NCBI RefSeq assembly: GCF_003790525.1
Contig: NZ_CP033635.1
Length of the DNA: 64,000 bases
From: Escherichia coli
Lineage (GTDB): Bacteria > Pseudomonadota > Gammaproteobacteria > Enterobacterales > Enterobacteriaceae
Reading direction: 5' to 3' (one strand)
Made by a program: the position numbers and the translations under genes. The notes beneath the pieces were generated by a model, which was not told where the DNA came from, ran no database searches, and was given only the letters and a program-made list of their open reading frames with translations. This document shows positions 28,931 through 43,318 of this stretch, in pieces. The first letter of the stretch is position 1. Each line of letters starts with the position of its first letter.

Positions 28931-29002
28931 CTTAGCTTTTATTCCGACTTGTTCCGTAGTGAACATGCTGCCACACTAACAATTCTCTGATAAGGAGCCG
29001 GT

Positions 29003-29812
29003 ATGTTCTTAATTAACGGTCATAAGCAGGAATCGCTGGCAGTAAGCGATCGGGCAACGCAGTTTGGTGATGGTTGTTTTACCACCGCCAGAGTTATCGA
29101 CGGTAAAGTCAGTTTGTTATCGGCGCATATCCAGCGACTACAGGATGCTTGTCAGCGGTTGATGATTTCCTGTGACTTCTGGCCTCAGCTTGAACTAGAG
29201 ATGAAAACGCTGGCAGCAGAACAGCAAAATGGTGTGCTGAAAGTGGTGATCAGTCGCGGTAGTGGCGGGCGAGGATACAGCACATTGAACAGCGGACCGG
29301 CAACGCGGATTCTCTCCGTTACGGTTTATCCCGCACATTACGACCGTTTGCGTAACGAGGGGATGACGTTGGCGCTAAGCCCGGTGCGGCTGGGGCGCAA
29401 TCCTCATCTGGCAGGTATTAAACATCTTAATCGGCTTGAGCAAGTATTGATCCGCTCTCATCTTGAGCAGACAAACGCTGATGAGGCGCTGGTCCTTGAC
29501 AGCGAAGGGTGGGTTACGGAATGCTGTGCGGCTAATTTGTTCTGGCGGAAGGGCAACGTAGTTTATACGCCGCGACTGGATCAGGCAGGTGTTAACGGCA
29601 TTATGCGACAATTCTGTATCCGTTTACTGGCACAATCCTCTTATCAGCTTGTCGAAGTGCAAGCCTCGCTGGAGGAGGCGTTGCAGGCAGATGAGATGGT
29701 TATTTGTAATGCGTTAATGCCAGTGATGCCCGTACGTGCCTGTGGCGATGTCTCCTTTTCGTCAGCAACGTTATATGAATATTTAGCCCCACTTTGTGAG
29801 CGCCCGAATTAG
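29003..29812 (+). CDS. pabC: Aminodeoxychorismate lyase
   Basis: 269 aa ORF; sequence match. Confidence 0.92.
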   Translation: MFLINGHKQESLAVSDRATQFGDGCFTTARVIDGKVSLLSAHIQRLQDACQRLMISCDFWPQLELEMKTLAAEQQNGVLKVVISRGSGGRGYSTLNSGPATRILSVTVYPAHYDRLRNEGMTLALSPVRLGRNPHLAGIKHLNRLEQVLIRSHLEQTNADEALVLDSEGWVTECCAANLFWRKGNVVYTPRLDQAGVNGIMRQFCIRLLAQSSYQLVEVQASLEEALQADEMVICNALMPVMPVRACGDVSFSSATLYEYLAPLCERPN

Positions 29813-29814
29813 TC

Positions 29815-30837
29815 ATGAAAAAAGTGTTATTGATTATCTTGTTATTGCTGGTGGTACTGGGTATCGCCGCTGGTGTGGGCGTCTGGAAGGTTCGCCATCT
29901 TGCCGACAGCAAATTGCTTATCAAAGAAGAGACGATATTTACCCTGAAGGCTGGGACCGGACGTCTGGCGCTCGGTGAACAGCTTTATGCCGATAAGATC
30001 ATCAATCGCCCACGGGTTTTCCAATGGCTGCTGCGTATCGAACCGGATCTTTCTCACTTTAAAGCCGGGACTTACCGCTTTACACCGCAGATGACCGTGC
30101 GCGAGATGCTGAAATTGCTGGAAAGCGGTAAAGAAGCACAGTTCCCTCTGCGACTGGTAGAAGGGATGCGTCTGAGCGATTACCTCAAGCAATTGCGTGA
30201 GGCCCCGTATATCAAGCATACGCTGAGCGACGATAAGTACGCCACCGTAGCGCAGGCACTTGAACTGGAAAACCCAGAGTGGATTGAAGGTTGGTTCTGG
30301 CCAGACACCTGGATGTATACCGCCAATACCACCGATGTCGCGTTACTCAAGCGAGCGCACAAGAAAATGGTGAAAGCGGTCGATAGCGCCTGGGAAGGGC
30401 GTGCGGACGGTCTGCCCTATAAAGATAAAAACCAGCTGGTGACGATGGCATCAATTATCGAAAAAGAAACCGCCGTTGCCAGTGAACGCGATCAGGTTGC
30501 CTCGGTATTTATCAACCGGTTACGCATTGGTATGCGCCTGCAGACCGACCCGACCGTGATTTACGGGATGGGAGAGCGTTATAATGGCAAACTTTCTCGT
30601 GCAGACCTGGAAACGCCGACAGCGTATAACACCTATACCATTACCGGTTTGCCGCCAGGTGCAATAGCTACGCCGGGGGCGGATTCGCTGAAGGCTGCTG
30701 CGCATCCGGCAAAAACGCCGTATCTCTATTTTGTGGCCGATGGTAAAGGTGGTCACACGTTTAATACCAATCTTGCCAGTCATAACAAGTCTGTGCAGGA
30801 TTATCTGAAAGTGCTTAAGGAAAAAAATGCGCAGTAA
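29815..30837 (+). CDS. mltG: Endolytic murein transglycosylase MltG (YceG)
   Basis: 340 aa with N-terminal transmembrane segment; overlaps the tmk start by 11 nt. Confidence 0.92.
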
Positions 30838-31468
30838 GTATATCGTCATTGAGGGGCTGGAAGGCGCAGGCAAAACTACCGCGCGTAACGTGGTGGTTGA
30901 GACGCTCGAGCAACTGGGTATCCGCGACATGGTTTTCACTCGGGAACCTGGCGGTACGCAACTTGCCGAAAAGTTAAGAAGCCTGGTGCTGGATATCAAA
31001 TCGGTAGGCGATGAAGTCATTACCGATAAAGCCGAAGTTCTGATGTTTTATGCCGCGCGCGTTCAACTGGTAGAAACGGTCATCAAACCAGCGCTGGCTA
31101 ACGGCACTTGGGTGATTGGCGATCGCCACGATCTCTCCACTCAGGCGTATCAGGGCGGCGGACGTGGTATTGACCAACATATGCTGGCAACATTGCGTGA
31201 TGCTGTTCTCGGGGATTTTCGCCCCGACTTAACGCTCTATCTCGATGTTACCCCGGAAGTTGGCTTAAAACGTGCGCGTGCTCGCGGCGAGCTGGATCGT
31301 ATTGAGCAAGAGTCTTTCGATTTCTTTAATCGCACCCGCGCCCGCTATCTGGAACTGGCAGCACAAGATAAAAGCATTCATACCATTGATGCCACCCAGC
31401 CGCTGGAGTCCGTGATGGATGCAATCCGCACTACCGTGACCAATTGGGTGAAGGAGTTGGACGCATGA
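30827..31468 (+). CDS. tmk: Thymidylate kinase
   Basis: 213 aa; P-loop GLEGAGKTT. Confidence 0.95.
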
Positions 31469-32469
31469 GATGGTATCCATGGTTACGACCTGATTTCGAA
31501 AAACTGGTAGCCAGCTATCAGGCCGGAAGAGGTCACCATGCGCTACTCATTCAGGCGTTACCGGGTATGGGCGAGGATGCTTTAATCTACGCCCTGAGCC
31601 GTTATTTACTCTGCCAACAACCGCAGGGCCACAAAAGTTGCGGTCACTGTCGTGGATGTCAGTTGATGCAGGCTGGTACGCATCCCGATTATTACACCCT
31701 GGCTCCCGAGAAAGGGAAAAATGCGCTGGGCATTGATGCGGTACGTGAAGTCACCGAAAAGTTAAATGAGCACGCACGTTTAGGTGGTGCGAAAGTTGTC
31801 TGGGTAACCGATGCTGCCTTACTGACCGACGCCGCGGCTAACGCATTGCTGAAAACGCTTGAAGAGCCACCAGCAGAAACCTGGTTTTTCCTGGCTACCC
31901 GCGAGCCTGAACGTTTACTGGCAACATTACGTAGTCGTTGTCGGTTACATTACCTTGCGCCGCCGCCGGAACAGTACGCCGTGACCTGGCTTTCACGCGA
32001 AGTGACAATGTCACAGGATGCATTACTTGCCGCATTGCGCTTAAGCGCCGGTTCGCCTGGCGCGGCACTGGCGTTGTTTCAGGGAGATAACTGGCAGGCT
32101 CGTGAAACATTGTGTCAGGCGTTGGCATATAGCGTGCCATCGGGCGACTGGTATTCGCTGCTGGCGGCCCTTAATCATGAACAAGCTCCGGCGCGTTTAC
32201 ACTGGCTGGCAACGTTGCTGATGGATGCGCTAAAACGCCATCATGGCGCTGCGCAGGTGACCAATGTTGATGTGCCGGGCCTGGTCGTCGAACTGGCAAA
32301 CCATCTATCTCCCTCGCGCCTGCAGGCTATACTGGGGGATGTTTGCCACATTCGTGAACAGTTAATGTCTGTCACAGGCATCAACCGCGAGCTTCTCATC
32401 ACCGATCTTTTACTGCGTATTGAGCATTACCTGCAACCGGGCGTTGTGCTACCGGTTCCTCATCTTTAA
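31465..32469 (+). CDS. holB: DNA polymerase III delta-prime subunit
   Basis: Start [14 protein letters not shown] gives 334 aa; ATGA overlap with the tmk stop. Confidence 0.92.
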
Positions 32470-32479
32470 GAGAGACATC

Positions 32480-33277
32480 ATGTTTTTAGTCGACTCACAC
32501 TGCCATCTCGATGGTCTGGATTATGAATCTTTGCATAAGGACGTGGATGACGTTCTGGCGAAAGCCGCCGCACGCGATGTGAAATTTTGTCTGGCAGTCG
32601 CCACAACATTACCGGGTTATTTACACATGCGGGATCTGGTAGGCGAACGTGACAACGTCGTATTTTCTTGTGGCGTGCATCCACTCAACCAGAATGATCC
32701 CTACGATGTAGAAGATTTACGCCGTCTGGCGGCAGAAGAGGGCGTTGTTGCGCTGGGTGAAACCGGGCTGGATTATTATTACACGCCGGAAACTAAAGTA
32801 CGTCAGCAAGAGTCCTTCATCCATCATATCCAGATTGGTCGTGAACTGAACAAGCCGGTTATCGTCCACACCCGTGACGCCCGCGCCGATACGCTGGCAA
32901 TTCTGCGCGAAGAAAAAGTGACGGATTGCGGTGGCGTACTACACTGTTTTACAGAGGATAGAGAAACGGCGGGTAAATTACTGGATCTCGGATTTTACAT
33001 CTCCTTTTCCGGCATTGTGACCTTCCGTAATGCGGAGCAACTGCGCGATGCTGCGCGTTATGTCCCCCTGGATCGGTTACTGGTGGAAACTGACTCACCT
33101 TACCTTGCGCCGGTACCGCATCGAGGAAAAGAGAATCAACCTGCGATGGTTCGTGACGTTGCAGAATACATGGCTGTGTTGAAAGGTGTTGCCGTTGAAG
33201 AACTGGCGCAGGTAACCACCGATAACTTCGCCCGTCTGTTTCACATCGACGCTTCCCGCCTTCAATCCATCCGTTGA
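32480..33277 (+). CDS. ycfH: TatD-family metal-dependent DNase YcfH
   Basis: Start [11 protein letters not shown] gives 265 aa (ORF opens at 32420). Confidence 0.9.
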
Positions 33278-33451
33278 ATGAGTTTTTTTAAAGCTCGTAA
33301 TTAATGGCTAAAACGAGTAAAGTTCACCGCCGAAAATTGGGCGGTGAATAACCACGTTTGAAATATTGTGACATATGTTTTGTCAAAATGTGCAACTTCT
33401 CCAATGATCTGAAGTTGAAACGTGATAGCCGTCAAACAAATCGGCACTGAA

Positions 33452-33478
33452 TTATTTTACTCTGTGTAATAAATAAAG
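33452..33478. promoter_or_regulatory. Mlc (DgsA) operator palindrome in the ptsG promoter region
   Basis: TTATTTTACTCTGTGTAATAAATAA palindrome about 95-120 bp upstream of the ptsG ATG; matches the known Mlc operator form. Confidence 0.6.
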
Positions 33479-33571
33479 GGCGCTTAGATGCCCTGTACAC
33501 GGCGAGGCTCTCCCCCCTTGCCACGCGTGAGAACGTAAAAAAAGCACCCATACTCAGGAGCACTCTCAATT

Positions 33572-35005
33572 ATGTTTAAGAATGCATTTGCTAACCTGCA
33601 AAAGGTCGGTAAATCGCTGATGCTGCCGGTATCCGTACTGCCTATCGCAGGTATTCTGCTGGGCGTCGGTTCCGCGAATTTCAGCTGGCTGCCCGCCGTT
33701 GTATCGCATGTTATGGCAGAAGCAGGCGGTTCCGTCTTTGCAAACATGCCACTGATTTTTGCGATCGGTGTCGCCCTCGGCTTTACCAATAACGATGGCG
33801 TATCCGCGCTGGCCGCAGTTGTTGCCTATGGCATCATGGTTAAAACCATGGCCGTGGTTGCGCCACTGGTACTGCATTTACCTGCTGAAGAAATTGCCTC
33901 TAAACACCTGGCGGATACTGGCGTACTCGGGGGGATTATCTCCGGTGCGATCGCAGCGTACATGTTTAACCGTTTCTACCGTATTAAGCTGCCTGAGTAT
34001 CTTGGCTTCTTTGCCGGTAAACGCTTTGTGCCGATCATTTCTGGCCTGGCTGCCATCTTTACTGGCGTTGTGCTGTCCTTCATTTGGCCGCCGATTGGTT
34101 CTGCAATCCAGACCTTCTCTCAGTGGGCTGCTTACCAGAACCCGGTAGTTGCGTTTGGCATTTACGGTTTCATCGAACGTTGCCTGGTACCGTTTGGTCT
34201 GCACCACATCTGGAACGTACCTTTCCAGATGCAAATTGGTGAATACACCAACGCAGCAGGTCAGGTTTTCCACGGCGACATTCCGCGTTATATGGCGGGT
34301 GACCCGACTGCGGGTAAACTGTCTGGTGGCTTCCTGTTCAAAATGTACGGTCTGCCAGCTGCCGCAATTGCTATCTGGCACTCTGCTAAACCAGAAAACC
34401 GCGCGAAAGTGGGCGGTATTATGATCTCCGCGGCGCTGACCTCGTTCCTGACCGGTATCACCGAGCCGATCGAGTTCTCCTTCATGTTCGTTGCGCCGAT
34501 CCTGTACATCATCCACGCGATTCTGGCAGGCCTGGCATTCCCAATCTGTATTCTTTTGGGGATGCGTGACGGTACGTCGTTCTCGCACGGTCTGATCGAC
34601 TTCATCGTTCTGTCTGGTAACAGCAGCAAACTGTGGCTGTTCCCGATCGTCGGTATCGGTTATGCGATTGTTTACTACACCATCTTCCGCGTGCTGATTA
34701 AAGCACTGGATCTGAAAACGCCGGGTCGTGAAGACGCGACTGAAGACGCAAAAGCGACAGGTACCAGCGAAATGGCACCGGCTCTGGTTGCTGCATTTGG
34801 TGGTAAAGAAAACATTACTAACCTCGACGCATGTATTACCCGTCTGCGCGTCAGCGTTGCTGATGTGTCTAAAGTGGATCAGGCTGGCCTGAAGAAACTG
34901 GGCGCAGCGGGCGTAGTGGTTGCTGGTTCTGGTGTTCAGGCGATTTTCGGTACTAAATCCGATAACCTGAAAACCGAGATGGATGAGTACATCCGTAACC
35001 ACTAA
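33572..35005 (+). CDS. ptsG: Glucose-specific PTS enzyme IICB
   Basis: 477 aa; [27 protein letters not shown]. Confidence 0.97.
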
Positions 35006-35029
35006 TCCGTAAGACGTTGGGGAGACTAA

Positions 35030-35053
35030 GGCAGCCAGATGGCTGCCTTTTTT
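35030..35053. terminator. Intrinsic terminator between convergent ptsG and fhuE
   Basis: ggcagcc-agat-ggctgcc hairpin followed by TTTTTT. Confidence 0.75.
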
Positions 35054-35064
35054 ACAGGTGTTAT

Positions 35065-37254
35065 TCAGAATTGATACGTGCCGGTAATGCTGAAATTACG
35101 CGGTGCGCCGTAGACGATAGAACCTTCCACGTTGGTATCGTAGGTTTTGTCGAACAGGTTATTGACGTTCCCCTGTAACGAGAAGTTTTTCGTCACCTGG
35201 TAGCGGGTGAAGAGATCCACCAGCGCGTAGCTACCTTGCTCGGCGCGGAAGGTGCCATACGGTGTCACGGTGTCGGTATACACGCGATTTTGCCAGTTAA
35301 CACCACCGCCGACCGTCAACTCTAGCATGACAGGCAACCGATAGCTGGTGAACATTTTAATCGTGGAGCGTGGCAGATTAGGATTAACGGCGTTTCCTTC
35401 GTTATCCTCTGCAATATAGCGCGTTGCGCCAAACGTCAGCTGCCAGTTGTCGGTAATTGCGCCGTTGAGTTCAAATTCCACACCTTTACTGACTGTCCCA
35501 TCCACCGCTTTATAGGCGGTTTCGCCGTTGCTGCCGGGGATAGGTGTACCGGTGGACTGAGCGACATTATCCTGCTCAATACGGAAGATGGCTAACGTGG
35601 TGGTCAGACGGCTATTCATCCAGTCCGATTTCAGACCCAACTCGTAGTTGTTACCGGTGATTGGAGTCAGATATTTACCTGAACTGTCACGATCATTTTG
35701 CGGCTGGAAAATAGAGGTATAGCTGGCGTAGGTCGACCAGTTGTCATTGATGTCAAACACCAGACCAGCATAAGGCGTGGTGTGGTTTTTCTCCATGCTG
35801 TAAGTCAGCGTATCAACCCGCCAGTTGGTATAACGAGCGCCGAGGATCAGATGCAGCGGATCGGCAAGGGTGACACGAGTGGCAGCATATAACGATTTCA
35901 TATGTGTGGTATCGTCCTGCGCCAGGCTCTGTGGTGACCAGTCGGTTTGTGGGAAATTGCCATTAAAGTTGTAGAAACTGCCAATTTCATCCGGGAAGAT
36001 GTTGGCCCATGAACTGAAGTAACGATTGTTTTGTTTGCTGTAACTGCCACCAAACATTAGATTGTGCTGACGACCAAACAATTCATAACTACCGTCAGCG
36101 AACAAATCCAGCGCATCAACTTTACGTTTGCCGCTGTTCCAACCGGTGCCGCCGACATAATCAAAACCAGGTCCATAATTACTGTATGGCCCAACCAGCA
36201 TACCATCCGCTTTGTTTACATAGGCATCGACATACATCATTTTGCTGTCAAATTCGACTTCAGAGTGGGTGGCATTCAGCGTCGCTTGCCAGGTATCAGC
36301 AAACCGCTGCTTCAGGGTCATAAAGACCTTGTTGATCTCTTTATCGTTGTACGCCCAGTCAGGTGCGGTACTGCGTGCGCGATCGTAACTGTTGCTGCTG
36401 CCATCAGTATTCCAGCGCGGTAAACCGCCCCAGGTTGGGCTATTAACATCAATACGCTGATATTCGTAACCGGCTGAAAGCATCGTAAGATCGCCTAAAT
36501 CAGCATCGACAATGCCGGAGAAGAAGGTCTTTTCACTGTTGTAGCGGTCCAGCCATGAGTCGTTATTCTGGTAGCCGCCGACAATTCGTGCGCGGATTTT
36601 ACCATCTTCGGTGAGTGGGCTTTGTAAATCCGCCACATACCGTTCTTTGTTCCAGCTACCGTATTCCGCCGAGACATCGCCTTTAAATTCACGACTGGTC
36701 GCGTGTTTTCGAACCATATTAATTGCCGCAGATGGATTACCCGTCCCGGTCATGAGGCCTGTCGCGCCACGCACTACTTCTACGCGTTCAAACAGTGCCA
36801 TATCAGAAAGTGCGTCGCCCAGATTCCAGCGCGATTCAAAATAGGTGGGGATACCATCAACCATATAGTTATCGATCTGGAATCCGCGGGAATAATAAAG
36901 AGCACGATCGGAATCCGCCTGACTTTTGCTGATCCCCAGCGTGTTTTCCATCACTTCGCCCAGCGTTTGTAACTGCTGATCTTCCATCCGCTGCTGGCTA
37001 ACAATAGTGACCGACTGAGGAATATCACGTTGAGTCATCTGCATTTTTGTACCCGCAGAGGTAGACGTTACGTTGTAATCATTTTCGCCATCATCTGGGG
37101 CTGTGGCTGAACCCTCAACAATCACCGTTTCTTCAGTGACTGGTGCAGCAAAAGCGGCGGAAGGTAATAGTGCCAGTGCTATGCAACCGGCAAGGAGTGA
37201 CGATTTGATGATAGCTTGATGTTGATTATCCCTGTTAAATTGTGTCGAAAGCAT
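35065..37254 (-). CDS. fhuE: TonB-dependent outer-membrane ferric siderophore receptor FhuE
   Basis: 729 aa with signal peptide and C-terminal aromatic residue typical of OM beta-barrels. Fur regulation is known for the family; no Fur box mapped here. Confidence 0.95.
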   Translation of the reverse strand: MLSTQFNRDNQHQAIIKSSLLAGCIALALLPSAAFAAPVTEETVIVEGSATAPDDGENDYNVTSTSAGTKMQMTQRDIPQSVTIVSQQRMEDQQLQTLGEVMENTLGISKSQADSDRALYYSRGFQIDNYMVDGIPTYFESRWNLGDALSDMALFERVEVVRGATGLMTGTGNPSAAINMVRKHATSREFKGDVSAEYGSWNKERYVADLQSPLTEDGKIRARIVGGYQNNDSWLDRYNSEKTFFSGIVDADLGDLTMLSAGYEYQRIDVNSPTWGGLPRWNTDGSSNSYDRARSTAPDWAYNDKEINKVFMTLKQRFADTWQATLNATHSEVEFDSKMMYVDAYVNKADGMLVGPYSNYGPGFDYVGGTGWNSGKRKVDALDLFADGSYELFGRQHNLMFGGSYSKQNNRYFSSWANIFPDEIGSFYNFNGNFPQTDWSPQSLAQDDTTHMKSLYAATRVTLADPLHLILGARYTNWRVDTLTYSMEKNHTTPYAGLVFDINDNWSTYASYTSIFQPQNDRDSSGKYLTPITGNNYELGLKSDWMNSRLTTTLAIFRIEQDNVAQSTGTPIPGSNGETAYKAVDGTVSKGVEFELNGAITDNWQLTFGATRYIAEDNEGNAVNPNLPRSTIKMFTSYRLPVMLELTVGGGVNWQNRVYTDTVTPYGTFRAEQGSYALVDLFTRYQVTKNFSLQGNVNNLFDKTYDTNVEGSIVYGAPRNFSITGTYQF

Positions 37255-37587
37255 TTGAAATCTCTTGGTTTATGTTGGCGTCAGGCTCATGCCGGAGCAG
37301 GGTGATGAGCGGTTATATTTAGTGTGCGAATAATTTTGTATGTAAATGCAAATGAGAAATATACGCATTCATATTTAGTGTGTAAACCAAACAGAGAATG
37401 TCTTTTCAGCGCATTCGCAGGCAGAAATGGGAATAATGGCGATATATACGGCAGCAAAACGATTTTTTGCTTAAGAAATCGTGAGTTAAGGTTGAAAGAG
37501 CAGGTTTAACTCGACCATACTCTATACTCGCAGTGTGGCGCGGCGTAGCATGGCGCAACGCATGGCTATTTGAAAAAGGAAAATGTC

Positions 37588-37947
37588 GTGGCAGAAGAAA
37601 CTATATTCAGCAAAATTATTCGTCGTGAGATCCCCTCCGATATCGTCTACCAGGATGATCTGGTAACGGCGTTTCGCGATATTTCGCCGCAAGCGCCAAC
37701 GCATATTCTGATCATTCCGAATATCCTCATTCCGACTGTGAACGACGTGTCTGCTGAGCATGAGCAGGCGCTGGGACGCATGATCACCGTAGCGGCAAAA
37801 ATTGCTGAGCAAGAAGGTATTGCCGAAGATGGCTATCGTCTGATCATGAACACCAACCGCCACGGCGGACAAGAGGTTTACCACATCCATATGCACTTGT
37901 TGGGTGGCCGTCCGCTTGGACCAATGCTGGCGCATAAAGGTCTGTAA
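37588..37947 (+). CDS. hinT: Purine nucleoside phosphoramidase HinT (HIT family)
   Basis: GTG start gives 119 aa; HIHMHLL histidine-triad motif. Confidence 0.92.
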   Translation: MAEETIFSKIIRREIPSDIVYQDDLVTAFRDISPQAPTHILIIPNILIPTVNDVSAEHEQALGRMITVAAKIAEQEGIAEDGYRLIMNTNRHGGQEVYHIHMHLLGGRPLGPMLAHKGL

Positions 37948-37949
37948 CG

Positions 37950-38327
37950 ATGAGAAAAGGATGCTTTGGGCTGGTGTCTCTGGCGTTGTTAGTGCTGTTG
38001 GGCTGTCGTTCACATCCGGAAATTCCGGTGAATGATGAGCAATCGCTGGTGATGGAGTCATCTTTATTGGCTGCGGGCATCAGTGCAGAAAAGCCCGTCC
38101 TTTCGACATCTGATATTCAACCTTCAGCATCCTCAACGCTTTATAACGAAAGGCAAGAACCCGTTACCGTTCATTATCGTTTTTACTGGTATGACGCCAG
38201 AGGGCTGGAGATGCATCCTCTGGAAAGGCCACGCAGCGTTACCATTCCCGCACATTCGGCGGTCACGCTGTACGGCAGCGCCAATTTTCTGGGGGCGCAC
38301 AAAGTCAGACTTTATCTATATTTGTAA
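37950..38327 (+). CDS. ycfL: Lipoprotein YcfL
   Basis: 125 aa; lipobox LLGC. Confidence 0.88.
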   Translation: MRKGCFGLVSLALLVLLGCRSHPEIPVNDEQSLVMESSLLAAGISAEKPVLSTSDIQPSASSTLYNERQEPVTVHYRFYWYDARGLEMHPLERPRSVTIPAHSAVTLYGSANFLGAHKVRLYLYL

Positions 38328-38340
38328 GGGGTGAATCTTG

Positions 38341-38962
38341 ATGACAAAAATGAGTCGCTACGCCTTGATTACCGCGCTGGCGATGTTTCTCGCCGGGTGT
38401 GTGGGGCAACGTGAACCTGCGCCGGTAGAAGAAGTGAAACCAGCGCCGGAACAACCAGCCGAGCCGCAACAGCCTGTCCCCACAGTGCCATCGGTGCCGA
38501 CGATACCGCAGCAGCCAGGCCCAATTGAGCACGAAGATCAAACTGCACCGCCTGCGCCGCATATTCGCCATTATGACTGGAATGGCGCAATGCAGCCGAT
38601 GGTCAGTAAGATGCTTGGGGCTGATGGCGTGACTGCGGGTAGCGTCCTGCTGGTTGATAGCGTTAACAACCGTACTAACGGTTCGCTGAATGCCGCAGAA
38701 GCGACCGAAACGCTGCGAAATGCGCTGGCTAATAACGGTAAATTTACCCTGGTTTCCGCCCAGCAGCTGTCGATGGCTAAGCAACAATTAGGTTTGTCGC
38801 CGCAGGACAGTTTAGGCACCCGTAGTAAAGCCATAGGCATTGCCCGCAATGTTGGCGCTCATTACGTGCTGTACTCCAGCGCCTCTGGCAACGTTAACGC
38901 TCCGACCCTACAAATGCAGCTGATGCTGGTGCAGACGGGCGAAATTATCTGGTCAGGTAAAG

Positions 38963-38982
<20 letters not shown>
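38341..38982 (+). CDS. lpoB: Outer-membrane lipoprotein activator of PBP1B, LpoB
   Basis: 213 aa from the second Met; lipobox LAGC; Pro-rich linker. Confidence 0.9.
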
Positions 38983-40823
<1,841 letters not shown>

Positions 40824-40845
40824 CCCTGGCTTATGTGAGGAAGCG

Positions 40846-41388
40846 ATGATTATCTATTTGCACGGTTTTGACTCTAACAGTCCGGGTAACCACGAGAAAG
40901 TCTTACAATTGCAGTTTATTGACCCGGATGTACGGCTAATAAGCTACAGTACGCGGCATCCGAAACATGATATGCAGCATTTGCTCAAAGAAGTGGACAA
41001 AATGTTGCAACTGAACGTCGACGAGCGCCCGCTCATTTGTGGTGTTGGTCTGGGCGGTTATTGGGCTGAGCGGATTGGTTTTCTCTGTGATATCCGCCAG
41101 GTGATCTTCAACCCCAATTTGTTCCCTTATGAGAACATGGAAGGGAAGATTGATCGCCCGGAAGAGTATGCCGATATTGCCACTAAGTGTGTGACCAACT
41201 TCCGTGAGAAGAATCGCGATCGTTGCCTGGTGATTTTGTCGCGTAATGATGAAGCGCTTAACAGCCAGCGGACATCTGAAGAGTTGCATCATTATTACGA
41301 GATTGTCTGGGACGAAGAGCAGACGCACAAATTCAAGAATATCTCCCCGCATTTACAGCGCATTAAAGCGTTCAAAACCCTCGGGTAA
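40846..41388 (+). CDS. ycfP: Predicted esterase YcfP (UPF0227)
   Basis: Start [15 protein letters not shown] gives 180 aa (ORF opens at 40789). Confidence 0.88.
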
Positions 41389-41394
41389 ATGCCC

Positions 41395-41520
<126 letters not shown>

Positions 41521-41787
41521 CGCCCTCCATACACACCTCACTCTATATCATTCTCACAAATCAGCTCAAATAATAAACAACAAACTCTGTTTTTTGATCT
41601 CACCCGGTAAAGTCGCCTATCTTTTCAGCAACAAAACTTGATTAACATCAATTTTGGTATGACCAATGCACCATTCATGTTATTCTCATTAGCGAAGAAC
41701 ATTTTCATTGCTGTAACCTGTTGTTAATTAAGAGCTATGTTAATAACTATTAGTTAACAATTGGTTAATAAATTTAAGGGGGTCACG

Positions 41788-43092
41788 TTGACTACGCCAT
41801 TGAAAAAAATTGTGATTGTCGGCGGCGGTGCTGGTGGGCTGGAAATGGCGACACAGCTGGGACATAAGCAGGGACGCAAGAAAAAAGCCAAAATTACGCT
41901 GGTCGATCGTAACCACAGCCACTTGTGGAAACCGCTGCTGCACGAAGTGGCGACTGGCTCGCTTGATGAAGGCGTCGATGCGTTGAGCTATCTGGCCCAT
42001 GCGCGCAATCATGGTTTCCAGTTCCAGCTGGGTTCCGTCATTGATATCGATCGTGAAGCGAAAACAATCACTATTGCAGAACTGCGCGACGAAAAAGGTG
42101 AATTGCTGGTTCCGGAACGTAAAATCGCCTATGACACCCTGGTAATGGCGCTGGGTAGCACCTCTAACGATTTCAATACGCCAGGTGTCAAAGAGAACTG
42201 CATTTTCCTCGATAACCCGCACCAGGCGCGTCGCTTCCACCAGGAGATGCTGAATCTGTTTCTGAAATACTCCGCCAACCTGGGCGCGAATGGCAAAGTG
42301 AACATTGCGATTGTCGGCGGCGGCGCGACGGGTGTAGAACTCTCCGCTGAATTGCACAACGCGGTCAAGCAACTGCACAGCTACGGTTATAAAGGTCTGA
42401 CCAACGAAGCCCTGAACGTAACGCTGGTAGAAGCGGGCGAACGTATTTTGCCTGCATTGCCGCCACGTATCTCTGCTGCGGCCCATAGTGAGTTAACGAA
42501 ACTTGGCGTTCGCGTGCTGACGCAAACCATGGTCACCAGTGCTGATGAAGGCGGCCTGCATACTAAAGATGGCGAATATATTGAGGCTGATCTGATGGTG
42601 TGGGCAGCCGGGATCAAAGCGCCAGACTTCCTGAAAGATATCGGTGGTCTTGAAACCAACCGTATCAACCAGCTGGTGGTGGAACCGACGCTGCAAACCA
42701 CCCGCGATCCAGACATTTACGCTATTGGCGATTGCGCGTCATGCCCGCGTCCGGAAGGGGGCTTTGTTCCGCCGCGCGCTCAGGCTGCACACCAGATGGC
42801 AACTTGCGCAATGAACAACATTCTGGCGCAGATGAACGGTAAGCCGCTGAAAAGTTATCAGTATAAAGATCACGGTTCTCTGGTATCGCTGTCGAACTTC
42901 TCCACCGTCGGTAGCCTGATGGGTAACCTGACGCGCGGCTCAATGATGATTGAAGGACGAATTGCGCGCTTTGTATACATCTCGCTATACAGAATGCATC
43001 AGATTGCGCTGCATGGTTACTTTAAAACCGGATTAATGATGCTGGTGGGGAGTATTAACCGCGTTATCCGTCCACGTTTGAAGTTGCATTAA
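41788..43092 (+). CDS. ndh: NADH:quinone oxidoreductase II (NDH-2)
   Basis: TTG start gives 434 aa, [20 protein letters not shown]-binding motif. Confidence 0.93.
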   Translation: MTTPLKKIVIVGGGAGGLEMATQLGHKQGRKKKAKITLVDRNHSHLWKPLLHEVATGSLDEGVDALSYLAHARNHGFQFQLGSVIDIDREAKTITIAELRDEKGELLVPERKIAYDTLVMALGSTSNDFNTPGVKENCIFLDNPHQARRFHQEMLNLFLKYSANLGANGKVNIAIVGGGATGVELSAELHNAVKQLHSYGYKGLTNEALNVTLVEAGERILPALPPRISAAAHSELTKLGVRVLTQTMVTSADEGGLHTKDGEYIEADLMVWAAGIKAPDFLKDIGGLETNRINQLVVEPTLQTTRDPDIYAIGDCASCPRPEGGFVPPRAQAAHQMATCAMNNILAQMNGKPLKSYQYKDHGSLVSLSNFSTVGSLMGNLTRGSMMIEGRIARFVYISLYRMHQIALHGYFKTGLMMLVGSINRVIRPRLKLH

Positions 43093-43104
43093 TCGGCTTG
43101 TACT

Positions 43105-43195
43105 GGCGGATGGGGCATAAACGCCTCATCCGCCCTGGACAAATGGTACGAGCGGTAGGCCTGATAAGACGCGTTAAGCGTCGCATCAGGCATTC
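43105..43195. repeat. REP element(s) downstream of ndh
   Basis: ggcggatg...catccgcc hairpin and ggtaggcctgataagacgcgttaagcgtcgcatcaggc REP unit. Confidence 0.7.
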
Positions 43196-43318
43196 CTTCA
43201 GACTCCTCCGAATCCTTAAGTATTTCCAGCCATTCTCGCGCTTTTCATCTTCTGTCTGATAGCTGCTTTTCTCCTTCGCTTGCATGATTGGCATAACTGC
43301 AAAGAAGGAGGTGTTCCC

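Noticed and set aside
33878-35002. 374-aa minus-strand ORF
   Set aside because: Shadow ORF antisense to ptsG, which is unambiguous on the plus strand.
37255-37400. Fur box upstream of fhuE
   Set aside because: Fur regulation of fhuE is established, but I could not find a convincing match to the GATAATGATAATCATTATC consensus by eye, so no specific site is annotated.
41740-42486. 248-aa minus-strand ORF
   Set aside because: Shadow ORF antisense to ndh.
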